The position numbers were made by a program, and so were the translations under genes. A stretch of 64,000 nucleotides of DNA, taken from assembly GCF_009914755.1 (NCBI RefSeq), contig NC_060927.1, one strand, 5' to 3'. The notes below the pieces were generated by a model. It did not search any database. It was not told the DNA's origin and was given only the letters and a program-made list of their open reading frames with translations. The stretch is from the human T2T-CHM13v2.0 reference genome, Homo sapiens. Positions 1 through 16,439 of the stretch are shown here, piece after piece. Each line of letters begins with the position of its first letter. The first letter of the stretch is position 1.

Positions 1-25
1 CAGACATGAGCCACCACGCCCAGCC
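1..25 (-). mobile_element. Alu 5' end (cut by the window edge)
   Basis: CAGACATGAGCCACCACGCCCAGCC is the reverse complement of the Alu start GGCTGGGCGTGGTGGCTCATG. Confidence 0.85.
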
Positions 26-1330
26 TGATGCAGATGTTTATTGCTATAAAATTCCTTCTTAGCACTGATTTTGCTGTATCCCATAGGTTTTGGTAAGTTG
101 TGATTCAAATTTCATTTAAGATTTTATTAATTTCCTCCTTAATATTTTCCTTGACCCAGTGGTCACTCAGGAATATATTGTTAATTTCCATGTATTTCTA
201 TAGTTTCTAACATTCCTCTTGTTGTTGTTTTCTAGTTTTATTCTACTGTGGTCTGAGAAGATATTTGATATGATTTTGATTTTTTTAAATTGTTGAGTTT
301 GCTTTGTGTCCTAACATCTTTCCTATCCTGGAGGATGTTCCGTACGGTGGTGAGGAGAATTCTGCAACTGTTGGATGCAATGTTCTGTAAATGTTTGTTA
401 CATCCATTTGGTCTAAAGTGCAATGTAAGTCCAATATTTCTTTGTGAATTTTCTGTCTAGATGATTTGTATAACAATCAGAGTGTGGGGCTGAAGTCCCC
501 AACAATTATTGTATTGAAGTCCATCTCTTCCTTTACATCTAATAATATTTGCTTTATGTATCTGGATACTCCAGTGTTGAGTGCATATATTTTTTTCATA
601 GCAACCTTTTAAACATGCATGCATGTTTAGAATTTTACTCTCTTGCTGAATTGATTCCTTTGTCATCATGCAATTACCTTCTTTCTCTTTTTTGCTGTCT
701 TTTACACAAAGTCTATTTTTATCTGATATATATATATAGCTACTCCTGCTTGCTTTTGGTTTTTATCTGCATGGAATACTTTTTTCAACCCCTTTATTTT
801 CAGTCTGCATGTGTCTTTACAGGTGAAATGAGTTTCTTATAAGCAGCATATAGTGGGGTCATGTTTTTACATTCATGTATCCAGTCTATATATTTTAAAT
901 GCAAAGTTTAATCTGTTTATGTTAAAGGTTATTATGTGAAAGTTTATTTCTATCATTTTACTAAATGACAGATAATACAAAACAATATCTCTGATTGTTT
1001 TGCATATCCTCTCTGTTATTGTTTATCATTGTGTTTTGGTGGTTTTCCCATAGTGTTAACATTTGTGTTGTTTCTCCTCCTTGTTTGTGTAGTTTCTCTA
1101 CCCATGATTTTTACAATGTCAGATGTTTTAATGATGGTAAATAATCTTCCTTTACTTCCAGGTGTCGAACTCTCTTCAGCATTTCTTATAGGACCAGACT
1201 AGTGGTGATGAATTCTCTTGGCTTTTGTTTGTCTGGGAAAGACTTTCTTTCTCCTTCATTTATGAAGGATAACTTTGTTGGATATAACATACTTGGCTAG
1301 CAGTCTCTTTTCTTTCAGCACTTTGGATAT
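26..1330 (-). mobile_element. Old L1 (L1M-type) fragment, endonuclease/ORF1-end region, degenerate
   Basis: Minus-strand ORFs 285-476 (LDQMDVTNIYRTLHPTVAE) and 457-669 (KESIQQE) resemble the L1 ORF2 endonuclease; many frameshifts. Confidence 0.8.
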
Positions 1331-2079
1331 ATCAGATGGTGTGTGCATGTTGGTACCAGCTGTCATGGTGGTGGCAAGGTATATAGGCCCAACCTCAGGC
1401 CCCTAGGAAGAGAACTCAGGCTCCAACAGTGGTGAAATGAGACAGGCAATCCCCAGGTCCCTAGACTGCATGCTCTGGCATGGGGGGAGGGGCAGGCAAA
1501 GCTGGAATGGGTGGGTTTGTCTTCCTTGCTTTCAATATTTCCCATCACTTTTCTGCTGAATTCCAGTGTTCTCTTTGAATTACCTATCTGAAATATAATT
1601 ATCTACTCATTAGTTTGGTTCTCCTTATTGCTCAATGCCTATGTCTTTCTTTTCTTTTTTTTTTCTCAATGCATATTTCTGAATGAGTTGAAGAATCTGA
1701 GTGGTCACCACCAGCCTGAGGACTCTGAAAAATCTAAACTTTATTACTTATAATAATACTTCAGTTGATAAGCATATGAAATGTTTAAAGAATATCACAA
1801 ACCAATGTATCAGCAAATGAATATGTATGAATTAGATGAAAATGAACAGAAATAAAGAGTGCTAGGGATACAAGTAAAAATATTACAAAAACTTAGCCAT
1901 CACCACATGCTAAAACTCTCTCAGAGTTGACTAAATTAACATACTGGAAACAAGCAAACTAAGATGCAATAAGGTTTAAATGTACGTCAGCATATAATTG
2001 GAAATTAGGGGAGAGAAAAAGCTAGTCTACAATATGTTTGATTGCCACACTCAGGGAAAATGTAGTAAGCACTTATTAA

Positions 2080-2290
2080 GTATCAGGCAGTATTGGGGAA
2101 TTTCCTATCAGTTATTGCAGTGGATAGCCACGTAACACTCTGAGGTAGTTATGACACAGGTTTTGCCAATGAGGAACCAAAAGTTCTGAGAGTTTAACTT
2201 ACTCATGATGACACCGTCTGTAACTGGAAGGTCTGAGGTTTAACTTGGGTCTAATGCCAACATCTACACGCTTTCCACTACACCATTGAC
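2080..2290. mobile_element. MIR SINE remnant
   Basis: MIR core-like TTTTGCCAATGAGGAACCAAAAGTTCTGAGAGTTTAACTTACTCATG...CTTTCCACTACACCA. Confidence 0.55.
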
Positions 2291-2659
2291 CTTTCAGATC
2301 TTTAAGGAATAAGAAAAGGTATTTGGAGAAAAATGATAATAATAATAAGTAAAAGTGAAATTCAACTTTCCAAGCATTTAACAGATAAAAATACAGTTTA
2401 GCAATTTCCCTTAGAGTTAACATTCTATAAACTTGAAACTCCATCTCTTTAAATGAGTTTATAATCCCTTTCCCTCACAGTGGCTTCTCTTTCAGGTTCA
2501 AGACTTACCACCTCAAAAATGAATAAATCTGACTTAAAGTACCAAAACTTTGGAGGTTTCTCATTTTAATAATTCCAGCAATAAGTTAATTTAAGCATTA
2601 AAAGAACATGTTATTTTCATTTTCTTTACTTTTAAAACAAAACATTCTCTCTAACGAGT

Positions 2660-2822
2660 GTGGGTCCCCTGTATCAAGGTTAACTGTTGTTTGTTCAAAA
2701 TGCAGATCTCTGAACTCCATCCCAGGTTTACTTAAACCAAATCACTTAGGGTGAGGCTAAAAAATTCCTGTTTTGAGCAGGCACCCCAAGGATCTTAATG
2801 CACACTGAATTTTGGGAACTAC
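2660..2822. mobile_element. MER5-type hAT DNA transposon remnant
   Basis: AAAATGCAGATCTCTGAACTCCATCCCAG...GCACACTGAATTTTGGGAACTAC resembles MER5A. Confidence 0.55.
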
Positions 2823-3219
2823 AACCTCAATCTCAAGAGTTCATGAAGCCCAAAGAGCACTCTCAGTGTCTTCAGAACTTATCTTTTATTCTTCATTCTT
2901 ATTTTATCTTTTGTACCATCGGATGAGTTAAATTAAATGATAAATGCCTAAATACATAGTCCAGTGTCTGGCTCCTAGAAGACATTGAAAGAAAAAAAAA
3001 GTAGCCATATCTAAATCTCCTTTCTATTGAAAGGCTTCTAGAGATAATTGTCACAACTGAAGAGCTTTTAGTTTTGTTCCATAAAAAAAGGATGATCTAG
3101 TAATACTATGGCAAACAATTTTTTGACAAAACCAAATACAAAAAACAGCCACGACTGGGAAGTAAAAAAAATGTAATTTTACTTTCCAACTTTTTTTTTT
3201 CAGTTTTACATTTTCTTTT

Positions 3220-5955
<2,736 letters not shown>

Positions 5956-6192
5956 ACATTTTCTTTTCCATTACTCACACACAGATGCATACACACTTTT
6001 AGCTTGTTTGTCTGTTTGTTTACTTCAATTTTGTTTCCTGATTAAAGTTTTTAAATATAATAAGTTTGCATATTACATCCTTGAATTAGACACACCATAC
6101 TTCCATCCCTCCACAGATCTGGATTCTTGCCTCTGTTGAGGTAAGTCTGTTGTGAGTCTGCCATGGTGGGATGGTTATGAGATTATAAAAGC

Positions 6193-6670
6193 TGAAGATA
6201 TCAGGATTAAATTACTTTTGTCAGATCCAGACAAAACAGGACCAGGAAGGCCAAGAAGGGAGGCTCATGCTTACATGTCTAAGATAAGAACTGTTCCCAA
6301 AGACTTTCTAAAAACGTTTCATGTCATTCATGCCTCTTTTCTTTTGGTACAGTTTATCACTAGATATTCTTTAGAACTGCAATAATTCATAAAAGACGTT
6401 CTTGGAAGAGCATTTGCCTAGTAATGGCATCTCCATAAATGAACTGACAGCAGCTCTAACTTTGAACCTCTAGATCAAATGAACTCAGTTTCTAAGCAGC
6501 TTATGTAAATCTACTTTTCTGCAAATAAAAGCTCCCTTTATCCTTCCCTCACTGAATGCACTAGTGACTTGCCATTTCACACATTCCAAAGTATAATCCT
6601 CATTTCTATGCCAGAGTAAAGCCAACATATTTAGAGATAATTTTCTCTAGTGTCTTTTTTTAGGTTGACA
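6193..6670 (+). mobile_element. Solo ERV LTR (family not assigned)
   Basis: TG start, AATAAA near 6525, ends TTTTAGGTTGACA as many ERV LTRs do; the start position is approximate. Confidence 0.6.
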
Positions 6671-6763
6671 AGATGATAAAAAGATTTCCACAGACATCAA
6701 TGATATAAAGTTTCTTCAACGGTAGAGAATATAAAAATTTCAAAGATGGTTACACAAAGCAGG

Positions 6764-8108
6764 TGTAGGGGAGCCAAAAATGACTTCTGTCTACCCTTCT
6801 AGGTTCTTTGGCTGGGTTACAAATTAAATTAATGTGAGGCAGATTAATATGAGAAAAAATGTATTACATACACATGCATGGGAATTCCACAAAATATGAG
6901 ACTCCAAGAAAGCTTACATGGTGCCTGAAATAAAGAAAAGAATAGGCACTTGGGGCTTCTGAGGTGGTGGTGGCACAAATTATGTGATGACGATGGGAGG
7001 AATTGTATGGTGAATAAAGGTTGTCTTGTTATGCAGACAAAAAGTCTCTCAGGTAATAAAAGGTGTCTCTGAGTAAAACCGCCCTTGCAAAAGTTATGAC
7101 AGTGAGAGACATCTGACAAAGCTGACTCCACCTTGCTTCTAACTTCACAAGCTATCTTTGCTTATTCTTGGGCATAGGCCAAGCTAACTACGGTAAGGAT
7201 TTAGTTTATAGTTTAACTTTAAAACAAAAATAACTGTCCCTTCCTGAAACTACACTCCTCCTGGTTTGGGACTGAAACTGTCTGTGTAAAAGGTTAGAAT
7301 TATGAAAAAAGCCTGAACTCTGCTAAGACCTACGCATAGTTAAGTGATAACCAGCCACTGCTTCCTAGCTTGCTTACTGCTCACCAGTTATGCAGCCAGG
7401 GATCACAAGACTTGTAACTTCCCAAGTCTCTCCTATAGATAACATCACTATTGTAAAACCTAAGATAGGTCTTTGAGATTTTTTTTACAATTTTACATTC
7501 TGGCAAACTGATTAATGCCACCTGGACCTGTGACTCAACTGATTCTGTGAACTCCACACAGAAAGCAACTCAGCATGCAAACATAATTCCAACATTTCTA
7601 TGACTTTACCCACAACCAATCAGGAGCACCCATTCCCTAGTCCCCTGCCCGTTAGATTATCCTTAAAAACCCTAGGCTTTGAGCTCTTGGGGAGGAAGAT
7701 TTGAAAAATATTTTCCATCCTTCTGCTCAACTGCCTTGAGATAATTAAACTCTTTCTCTGTTGCAGCACTGCTGTCTCAGTGCATTGGCTTTATCTGTGC
7801 ACTGGGCAAAAAGAACCTGTTGGGCTGTAACATGAGTAGCCCTCAGAAGAACAGGTGACACTCTGGCAAAGTCTGTCTGTGCATTGCGTCTCCTTCTGTG
7901 ATCTGAGTTAATCCTCCCTGGTTGACAAGATTCCCAGAGAAGTAATTCATGACAATTGAGTTGCTCTTTGAGAATTCATCTTTAGACACTTAAGGGAAGT
8001 TCAGAGAAAGCTCCCCCCTGCATTTGCTATTCCCCAAGTGCTCTCAGTTTAAAGTAATGAGCACACCAAAGCAGCATATTTTGATGTGGCATTTTTGGAA
8101 CTCATTCA
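6764..8108 (-). mobile_element. MER31/MER34-like LTR interrupted by an LTR8-type LTR
   Basis: Reverse complement begins TGAATGAGTTCCAAAAATGCCACATCAAAATATG (MER31/34-like); the sequence is continuous across the nested insert. Confidence 0.65.
7074..7832 (+). mobile_element. LTR8-family solo LTR (ERV1), nested
   Basis: T(G>A)AAACCGCCCTTGCAAAAGTTATGAC...GAACCTGTTGGGCTGTAACA; 4-bp TSD TGAG at 7070-7073 and 7833-7836. Confidence 0.85.
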
Positions 8109-8189
8109 CAGGCAATAACACAAATAGAAACAAAACTTCCTAGATACCCATATATTCCACAGGGAAATGCACTACTGTGAATAAACCAC

Positions 8190-8650
8190 TGTGGGGGTCT
8201 GTCCTGCAGACCCTGACCTAACGACAGGTGAATAAAGCACACTGATACACGGATATTCTGCTTTGCCAGTTCAGCTGAGCATCTGGGCCACTTAGTCACA
8301 GCCACAGCCTTGATCAGTCAGCAAGACTTGCATTTATTCAGTAGAGATTAATTGACAAAGGTCGTGAGTAAACACCAATAGAGGGTAATTGACACTGTGG
8401 ACCTCTTGAGTAGAAAGCAATTAAGCACCCACAGTAGATCAAAGGTTAGTCTTAGGACCACATGAATAAACAAGCTATTTAGGTAAACTACTCTACCTTC
8501 CTTTGTACCTACTTTAAGCTATTTACTCAAGGTAAGGATTAGGTTGCCTTCAGCCATAACCTTATCCCGAGACTTTTGCAAAAGCCTTCAGGCCTTCCAA
8601 GAAGGTTTGTGGCTTATAATTTTCCCTACCATCCTGACTTAACCCCCACA
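8190..8650 (-). mobile_element. LTR22-type solo LTR (HERV-K HML-5)
   Basis: Terminal inverted TGTGGGGG...CCCCCACA; minus strand starts TGTGGGGGTTAAGTCAGGATGGTAGGGAAAATT; 6-bp TSD AACCAC at 8184-8189 and 8651-8656. Confidence 0.85.
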
Positions 8651-9049
8651 AACCACCTTCCTGGGGATGAGAATTTCCTACATATGAGTCATTTTTTTTC
8701 CATTCTCATGAAGATCTAATGCCTATTTGTTCTGGAAACCACTCAGGTTGTGCCTGACTACAAGGCACCCCAAACCCTTCCTAGGGTTTCACAGCAATGC
8801 TGGGAGAAGCAAAGGTCCTTTTTCCAGAAGCATGCTTTCCCAGAGTGAGACTTCTGGACAGTTTGAGGTTCATTCCCACACCTGTCATTTCCAAAACATG
8901 TAAGATGCTCAGGTACTGTGGTTTCTGGAAGTGCGGTGTGGAGAACCAATAGAGGAGAAATGATGCAATTTGGAAAAAGTAGAAGTTGGATTGCCAAGTA
9001 CTTGATAAAACATAAAGAGGCAGACATAGCATTACTGATACTGTAGTAG

Positions 9050-11203
9050 TGTATTAGTCTATTCTCACACTGCTATAAAGAACTGCCTGGAACTGGATAA
9101 TTTATAAAGAAAGGAGATTTAATTGATTAACAGTTCTACATGGCTGCGGAGACCTCAGGAAACTTACAATCATGGTGGAAGACAAAGGAGAAGCAAGTAC
9201 CTTCTTCACAAGGCAGCAGGAAAGACAGAGAGAGCAGGGGAAATCACCACTTATAAAACCATCAAACCTCATGAAAACTCACTCACTATCACAAGAACAA
9301 CATGGGGGAAACTGCCTCCATTATCCAATCACCTCCCACCAGGTCCCTCCCTTGACACATGGGGATTACAGTTTGAGATGAGATTTGGGTGAGAACACAG
9401 AGCCAAACCATATAATTCCACCCCTGACCCCTCCCAAACCTCATGTCCTCACATTTTAAAACACAATTATGCCTTTTCAACAGTCCCCCAAAGTCTGAAC
9501 TCATTCCAGCATTAACCCAAAAGTCCAAGTCCAAAGTCTCATCTGAGACAAGGCAAGTCTCTTTTACCTGGCAGCCTGTAAAATCAAAAGCAAGTTAGTT
9601 ATTTCCAAGGCAAAATGGGGGTACAGGCATTGGATAAATGTTCCCATTCCAAATGGTAGAAATTGGCCAAAACAAAGAGGCTACAACCCCATGAAAGTCC
9701 AAAATCCAGCAGGGCAGTCATTCAGTCTTAAAGCTCCAAAATAATATTATTTGACTCCATGTCTCATATCCATGGCAGGCTGATGCAAAGGGTGGGCTCC
9801 CAAGGCCTTGGGAAGCTCCACCCCTGTGGCTTCCCAGGGTTCAGCCCCTGCAGCTGCTCTCATGGACTGGCATTGAATGCCTGTGTCTTTTCTGGGCACA
9901 TGATGCAAGCTGTCAGTGGATCTATTATTCTGGGGTCTGGAGGATGATGGCTGTCCTCTCATAGCTCCAGTAGGCAATGCCCCAGTGAGGAGTCTGTGTG
10001 GGGGCTCCAACCCCACGTTTCCCTTCTGCACTGCCCTAGCAGACATTCTCAATGAGGGCTCTGCTGCAGCAGACTTTTGCCTGGACATCCAGGCATTTCC
10101 ATGCATCATCTGAAATCTAGGCAGAGGTTTTCAAACCTCCATTTTTGACTTCTGTGCACCCACAGGCCCAATACCATGTGGAAGCCACCAAGGCTTGGGG
10201 TTCGCACTCTCTGAACCAATGGCCAGAGCTATACCTTGGTCCTTTTTAGCCACAGCTGGAGCTGGAGCAGCTGGGACACAGGACACTAAGTCCCAAGGCT
10301 GCGCAGAGCAGCAAGACCTGGGCCTCGCCTACAAAACCATTTTTCCCTCCTAGGCCTCCAGGCCTGTAGCAGGAGGGGCTGCCACAAAGATCTCTGAAAT
10401 GCCCTGGAGACATTTCCCCATTGTCTTGGCAATTAACACTTAGTTCCTCATTACTTATGCAAACTTCTGCAGCCAGCTTGAATTCCTCCCCAGAAAATGG
10501 TTTTTCTTTTCTACCATGGTCAGGATGCAAATTTTCCAAGCTTTTACACTCTATCATCTCTTGAATGCCTTGCTGCTTAGAAATTTCTTCTGCCAGATAC
10601 CCTAAATCATCTCTCTCAAGTTCAAAGTTCCACAGATCTCTAGGGCAGGGGCAAAATGACGCCATTCTCTTTGCTAAAGGCTTTTGCTTTAGGAAAGTTC
10701 CAAACTTTCCCCACATCTCCCTGTCTTCTTCTGAGTCCTCCAAACCATTCCAACCTCTGTCTGTTACCCAGTTCCAAAGTCACTCCCATATTTTTAAGTA
10801 TCTTTATAGTAGTGCCCAAACTCCTGGTACCAATGTACAGCATTAGTCTGTTCTCACACTGCTATAAAGAACTGCTTGAGATTGAGTAATTTATAAAGAA
10901 AAGAGGTTTAATTGACTTACAGTTCTGCATGGCTGGAGAGGCCTCAGAAAACTTACAGTCATGGCAGAAGGTGAAGGAGAAGCAAGTACCTTCTTTACAA
11001 GGCAGCAGAAAAGAGAGAGAAAGCAGGGGAAACTTCCACTTATAAAACCATCAGATCTCATGAGAACTCACTTGCTATCACAAGAATAGCATGGGGGAAA
11101 CCACCCCATGATCCAATCGCCTCCCACCAGGTCCCTCCCTCGACACATGGGTATTGTAGCTCAAGATGAGATTTGGGTAGGGACACAGAGCCAAACCATA
11201 TCG
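9050..11203 (-). mobile_element. THE1 (THE1D-like) MaLR element: LTR-internal-LTR
   Basis: Direct-repeat LTRs at ~9050-9415 and ~10839-11203 (..ATTAGTC..CTCACACTGCTATAAAGAACTGC....AGCCAAACCATAT) flank a typical MaLR internal sequence. Confidence 0.9.
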
Positions 11204-11409
11204 AAAAGGTTTGGAAAAACAAGACCAAGACCAATTTACCCTTCCTACTTCATATTCTCACTCCCTAGGCAAATTTAATTTGGGTCACTGCTTCCTGTAA
11301 TCATATTGGCTGGCTTTGTCTCCTGCTTCATTAAGAAAATTTAGACCAACAGACAGAAACCATCTCAGCTTTATTTTCCCTATTTATGTATTTTCTACTT
11401 AGCTTCCCT

Positions 11410-11473
11410 TAACAAACCTGCACATTCTGCACATGTATCCCAGAACTTAAAGTATAATAATAATAATAATAAA
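11410..11473 (+). mobile_element. Very short L1PA 3' terminus with (TAA)n tail
   Basis: AACAAACCTGCACATTCTGCACATGTATCCCAGAACTTAAAGTATAATAATAA matches the L1PA 3' end. Confidence 0.85.
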
Positions 11474-11484
11474 GAACTGGCAAG

Positions 11485-11740
11485 TCATAGTGATAAGAAG
11501 CATAGACTCCGAACGAGACCACCCATCTACCTGACTACCTACCAGTTGTGTGATCTTGGGCAAATTACTCGACCTCTCTGTACCTCACTTTTCTAATATG
11601 TGAAATTAGGGTAATGATAATAATACAAACCTCACAGGGTCCTTGTGAGAAAGAAAGGTTAACATTTACTAAATATTTTGAAAGCACCCAGAATAATGCC
11701 TGGCACATAATAGGTATAGGTCAGTGTTTGATATCATTAT
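11485..11740. mobile_element. MIR SINE
   Basis: TGTGTGATCTTGGGCAAATTACTCGACCTCTCTGTACCTCACTTTTCT MIR core. Confidence 0.75.
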
Positions 11741-11957
11741 TCTAATCTCAGAAAATGAAGAATTCTTTTCTGTAGGTAAGCTCCTACACTTGCACCCCTG
11801 ATGCCATTACCATCATCTCCAACAAGTGCTGGCTCTATCAGTGTCTTTTCCTCTAACTGCAATCTCTCACTCTCTTCTAGTTCCCTCTCTTTACCTTTCA
11901 AGGTGTGCAGGTGTGGAAGAATTAGGGAAGGGCTTACAGAGGAAGGTCAACTAAAAC

Positions 11958-12640
11958 TATTCCCAGACCAAACTGAGGGTCAGGCTGCTTTTTCTCATGG
12001 CCCAATAATGAGATGCAGATGAACTGGCAAAGGAGGGAGTTTATTTCGGAAACTGGGTACAGGGAGAAGGCCTGGAAAATATCACCTGACCAACAAACTT
12101 ACAAAGTTTTCCAGAGCTTATATGCCTTCTAAGCTATATGTCTACTTGTAAGTGTGCATTCATCTAAAGACATAAGTAATTAACTTTTTAAAATCTATAA
12201 TTAAGGTCTGAGTCCTGAACACCTTCCTCTGGAGCATCAGTAAATTTACTTAATCTAAGTGGGTCCAGGTGCTGGGGTATTACCCTTATCTTGTATCCTG
12301 CTAAATCATGGAGGTTTGGAAGTTCCTTCAGACCCCAATAAACTTGTTTGTGGAGGCCTGGGGAGTTTCTTCAGATCCCCGGGGAGTTTTTTCAGATCCC
12401 CAGTAAAACTTATTTAATTCTAAATGGGTCCTGTTAAGAACTCATTTGTTATCTTGTCAGGCTTCAAGGCCCAGGAAAAGCCTAGGCAAAACTCTTGGTG
12501 GGCTTTTGTTACATTCCAGCCTTTGTATAGGGCACTGCCTCTTTCAGCTTTTAATATTTAACTTAACCACTCGGTCAGTACTGAAACAGTTGTTATGGAG
12601 GCCTGCCTATGCAACCTTTAGGGAGACCTGGCCTGCCATA
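11958..12640 (-). mobile_element. Solo ERV1 LTR (MER4 group, tentatively MER51-like)
   Basis: Minus strand starts TATGGCAGGCCAGGTCTCCC; 4-bp TSD AAAC at 11954-11957 and 12641-12644; internal short repeats GGGAGTTTCTTCAGATCCCC. Confidence 0.75.
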
Positions 12641-12959
12641 AAACCAGCCTTGAAGACTGAATAGGATTTTGCTTGATAGAAAAAGAGGTAGCCTGGAATC
12701 AGTGGGTAGTTGAGGGGATGGGATTTCAGGCAAGAGAAACAGCACTAGCAAATAGCTTTGATATTGCATGGAATATTTGAGGAGTTGCTCAGGGTAATAG
12801 TTGCATAGAAGACCTGGGACTAGTTCCTAAATGTGAGTCTCTAAGGCAGGTCACAACCTCAAATGCCTATAGGGTCATGAAGGTAAACTGACTGAGTCAA
12901 GTAAGCTGGTTAAGAAAACAGGGAAGGGATGGGTTCCCACCTAAAAGCAAAGGCTTCAA

Positions 12960-13330
12960 CAGGGGCTTAACTGCAGGCAGTTTATTTTAGGAAGTGTTCC
13001 CAAGAAATTCGAGTGAGGGACTGAAAAGAGCAAAAAGGAGAAGAGGAGAAAGCCAGTCCAAGGGTGAATGTGGATCAGGTTACTGCTGTGGAAAACTGAA
13101 GCTCTATTCCAAGGGGTACTCTGAGAAGCTATGTAGGATATTCCTTGGAAACATCCATCTGAGACATAAGAGTGGGGAGTATTTATCAGCTGTTATCAAC
13201 TGACTCTTCATCCTTATTACCCAGGGGTTAGCCCATAGGGTATTAATTTCTCACACTTCTCAGTTTGCATGTTCATCGGAAAGGCTGGTGAATTCCTACG
13301 TGCAACTCACCCTGAAGTAGCAGAGGAAGC
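12960..13330. mobile_element. Old ERVL-type LTR remnant (LTR16/LTR33-like)
   Basis: GCAGGCAGTTTATTTTAGGAAGTGTTCCCAAGAAA...AGGTTACTGCTGTGG motif resembles these families; recalled, not searched. Confidence 0.45.
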
Positions 13331-15636
13331 TCTAGGGGAAAAAGCAATATTTACAAAGTGAAACAGCAGCTCAATTAAGAAAGTAGCCCTAGGGGAGTCC
13401 AATACGGGAAGGACTGTTGCAAAGTGGAAGAGAGCTCATGCCCCTTCCGAAGAGTGTAGCCACAACTTATTTCACCTGACCTATACAGAATGTTGGCCAA
13501 CACGACCAGAAATCCAAATTTATTTATTAAATCCCTTGACCTTAATCTCTTGGTGATAAATTCTAATTTTTTTAAAACAACTGTAGGGCTAGGCAAAACA
13601 TATCTGCCAGCCAAATTGAGACCTAGGCTGCTGGTTTGTGACCTCTGCCAATAGAATTTAAAGTTTAGGCAATGAGAAACCAATAGAAGTTTTTAAGCAA
13701 AACAATGTCATGACTGGATTTTACTTGGAAGTACTCCCCCTTTTCAAGTTTGTCCACCTTCAAATGCTTTGCTTTTACTCTTTAGCCCATCGGTCCATGA
13801 AATCCAAAGGTGGCAATCACATGCAGTAGGACAGTTATGAGGTAGCAGACAAATCTCTCTTCAAATCCAGCATAGCCAGAGTTTTCCTAACTGGTAGTGA
13901 CTTTGCAAAGTCCTTGAGCCCAAAGACGAATTTCCTGTTTTCCTCCTCAATTACCAAGTGATAAAATGATGACCATATGCAAACAAACATTAAGCTCTCA
14001 TTCTCTTTCCATGGTCCACTAAGAAAGACTTGGTAGGAGGGCATATTGAAGAAATGTACAATGGCATTAGACAACAGTCAGTCTGAGAGTGTCCATCTGC
14101 CAAACAGAATGGATATTTCCTGCAGCTCTTCCTAATAGCTTGAACCCAGTGGCTGGATGCTGTCCTCCCAGCTTTCTGAGAGAATTCCTACTGAACCAAA
14201 TTCATCAGTCTTCCTGCACTGGTAGAGGAAGGAAAGGGAGAAGGAACAGCATCTCACTCAGCAAATGAAAATCCCTCAGGCTACTGACTAAAGAAGCCAC
14301 TAGCTCTAGAAGAAAAGGAATCCAAGTGCAAAAATAAGGTACATTCCTCACCCCCAGGAAAGGCCTCGTCCTTACAATGTTATCCATCGAAAACAGGAGA
14401 TACATAGATGTTACTGCTTGCCTTTTAAAAATATAATTCTGATACAGCAGTGAACTCTTCAACTTTGGTAATTTGTTTCAATCCTCTGCAGTGTATTTTT
14501 AAGCTGTATCCTGAGTGAATAAATTCATAGCTAGGATAACAAATGGAAGAGTTTAGCAAATCTGGGAGAGAGGTGAGAAAATACAGTTACATAAGAAGCA
14601 CTATAATTGATATTAAAAGCATAGGGTTTAAAATTATTCAACAACAACAAAAAAAACTATATATGTAGAAATACATAGAAAAAGATTTGAAAGGATACAC
14701 ATTATATCAATAATGGTATTTACCTCTGGGAAGGGGAAAGCAGGATTAGGGAAATAGGGAGTTAAAAGAGACTTTTCCCTTTCAAAAGTGTTTATTTGAT
14801 GGTGAAGATGTATGTATGTTTACTTATGTGATTAGATATGAATTTAAGTAATGAAAAAAACGAACTTTCAGTTTTGAAGTTTCCATTTTGATGTTTGAAA
14901 TCCAGTTGTGATTTAACTGCTCTGTTCTACAATTTCTGTGCAAAGATGTAGAATGACTGGAGAGATTAATAATTGCTCAGAGACTCCACTGAAAGATCAG
15001 GAATTTTCCCAGTGTTGATCACAATGACGTTGTAGTGTTGGGCAGAAAAGCTCCAACCACTGAATCAACACAATCCTGAGTTCTCTTCCTTTGTGTACTG
15101 AGAGTCTGTGCCATATCCAGGTGAGTGGGTGGCAGCTTTTCCTATGGCGGGGTCCAGACTGGATGCTGAAAGCAGACTGCTGCATATTCTCACTCAACAT
15201 CAAGCAAAGGAATCTTACCTTCCTTCAGTGTCTTATTATTTCTTATGACTAATATATTCTTCTGACTTTCTGATAAACTGCACCATTTCATTGAAAATCT
15301 CAATGTCTTCTTAAGTGGAAAGGAAATTTTCCCACAAAAATTAAGTTAGATAATGTTAGTAAAGTGCTTATTAGATCACCTGATATATAGCTAGGGGCTT
15401 GCTAGTGTTTGTTCAGCTAAGAACTAATTATACTTAAAATAGGACAAAGCGCTTTGATAAGTTACTGGAAGTTCCACCTACCTACCTGCTCTAGCCCCTT
15501 ATGGGTAAAACTGTTCTTTTTAGAGAGGCATCCCAATAAAAACCATGCACCACACACACTGCAGCCATAGTAATTTCAGTCCAGTGCTTATGGCTACATA
15601 TTAGAATCATCTAAAGAGCTTTTAAAAATCCCTAGA

Positions 15637-16059
<423 letters not shown>

Positions 16060-16439
16060 TCAGGTAATTCCAATTTACTACTAAATTTGAGAACAACTGC
16101 TCAAACTTTAATAAGCCTATGGTTCACCTGGGGATCTTGAATAAATATAAGTTCTATTTCTGTAAGGTCTTGAGTGGGTCCTAGGATGCTGCATTTCTAA
16201 CAAGCTCCAAGGTGATGTAACAAAGACTTACTCTCATGCAAATGTCTATGGAGATTATGTATCAAAACATTCATTGCAGTGTGGTTTGCAATAAGAAAAT
16301 ATTGAAAACCACCTAAATGTCAATGGACAGAGGATGAATTGTGGCATATTCAGACAATGAAACTCTATATAGCATTTTAAATAAATTACAGCTTCCTGTA
16401 TCATCATACATAAATCTCATAAACAATGTGCTGAGCAAG

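Noticed and set aside
610-629. Perfect palindrome TAAACATGCATGCATGTTTA as a p53 response element
   Set aside because: The two half-sites overlap (outer CATG cores are 4 nt apart, not 6), and it lies in a decayed L1 far from the promoter
13400-15580. Mostly unique stretch as a hidden gene or exon
   Set aside because: No recognisable protein similarity or convincing exon structure by eye; a lncRNA exon or enhancer cannot be excluded without data
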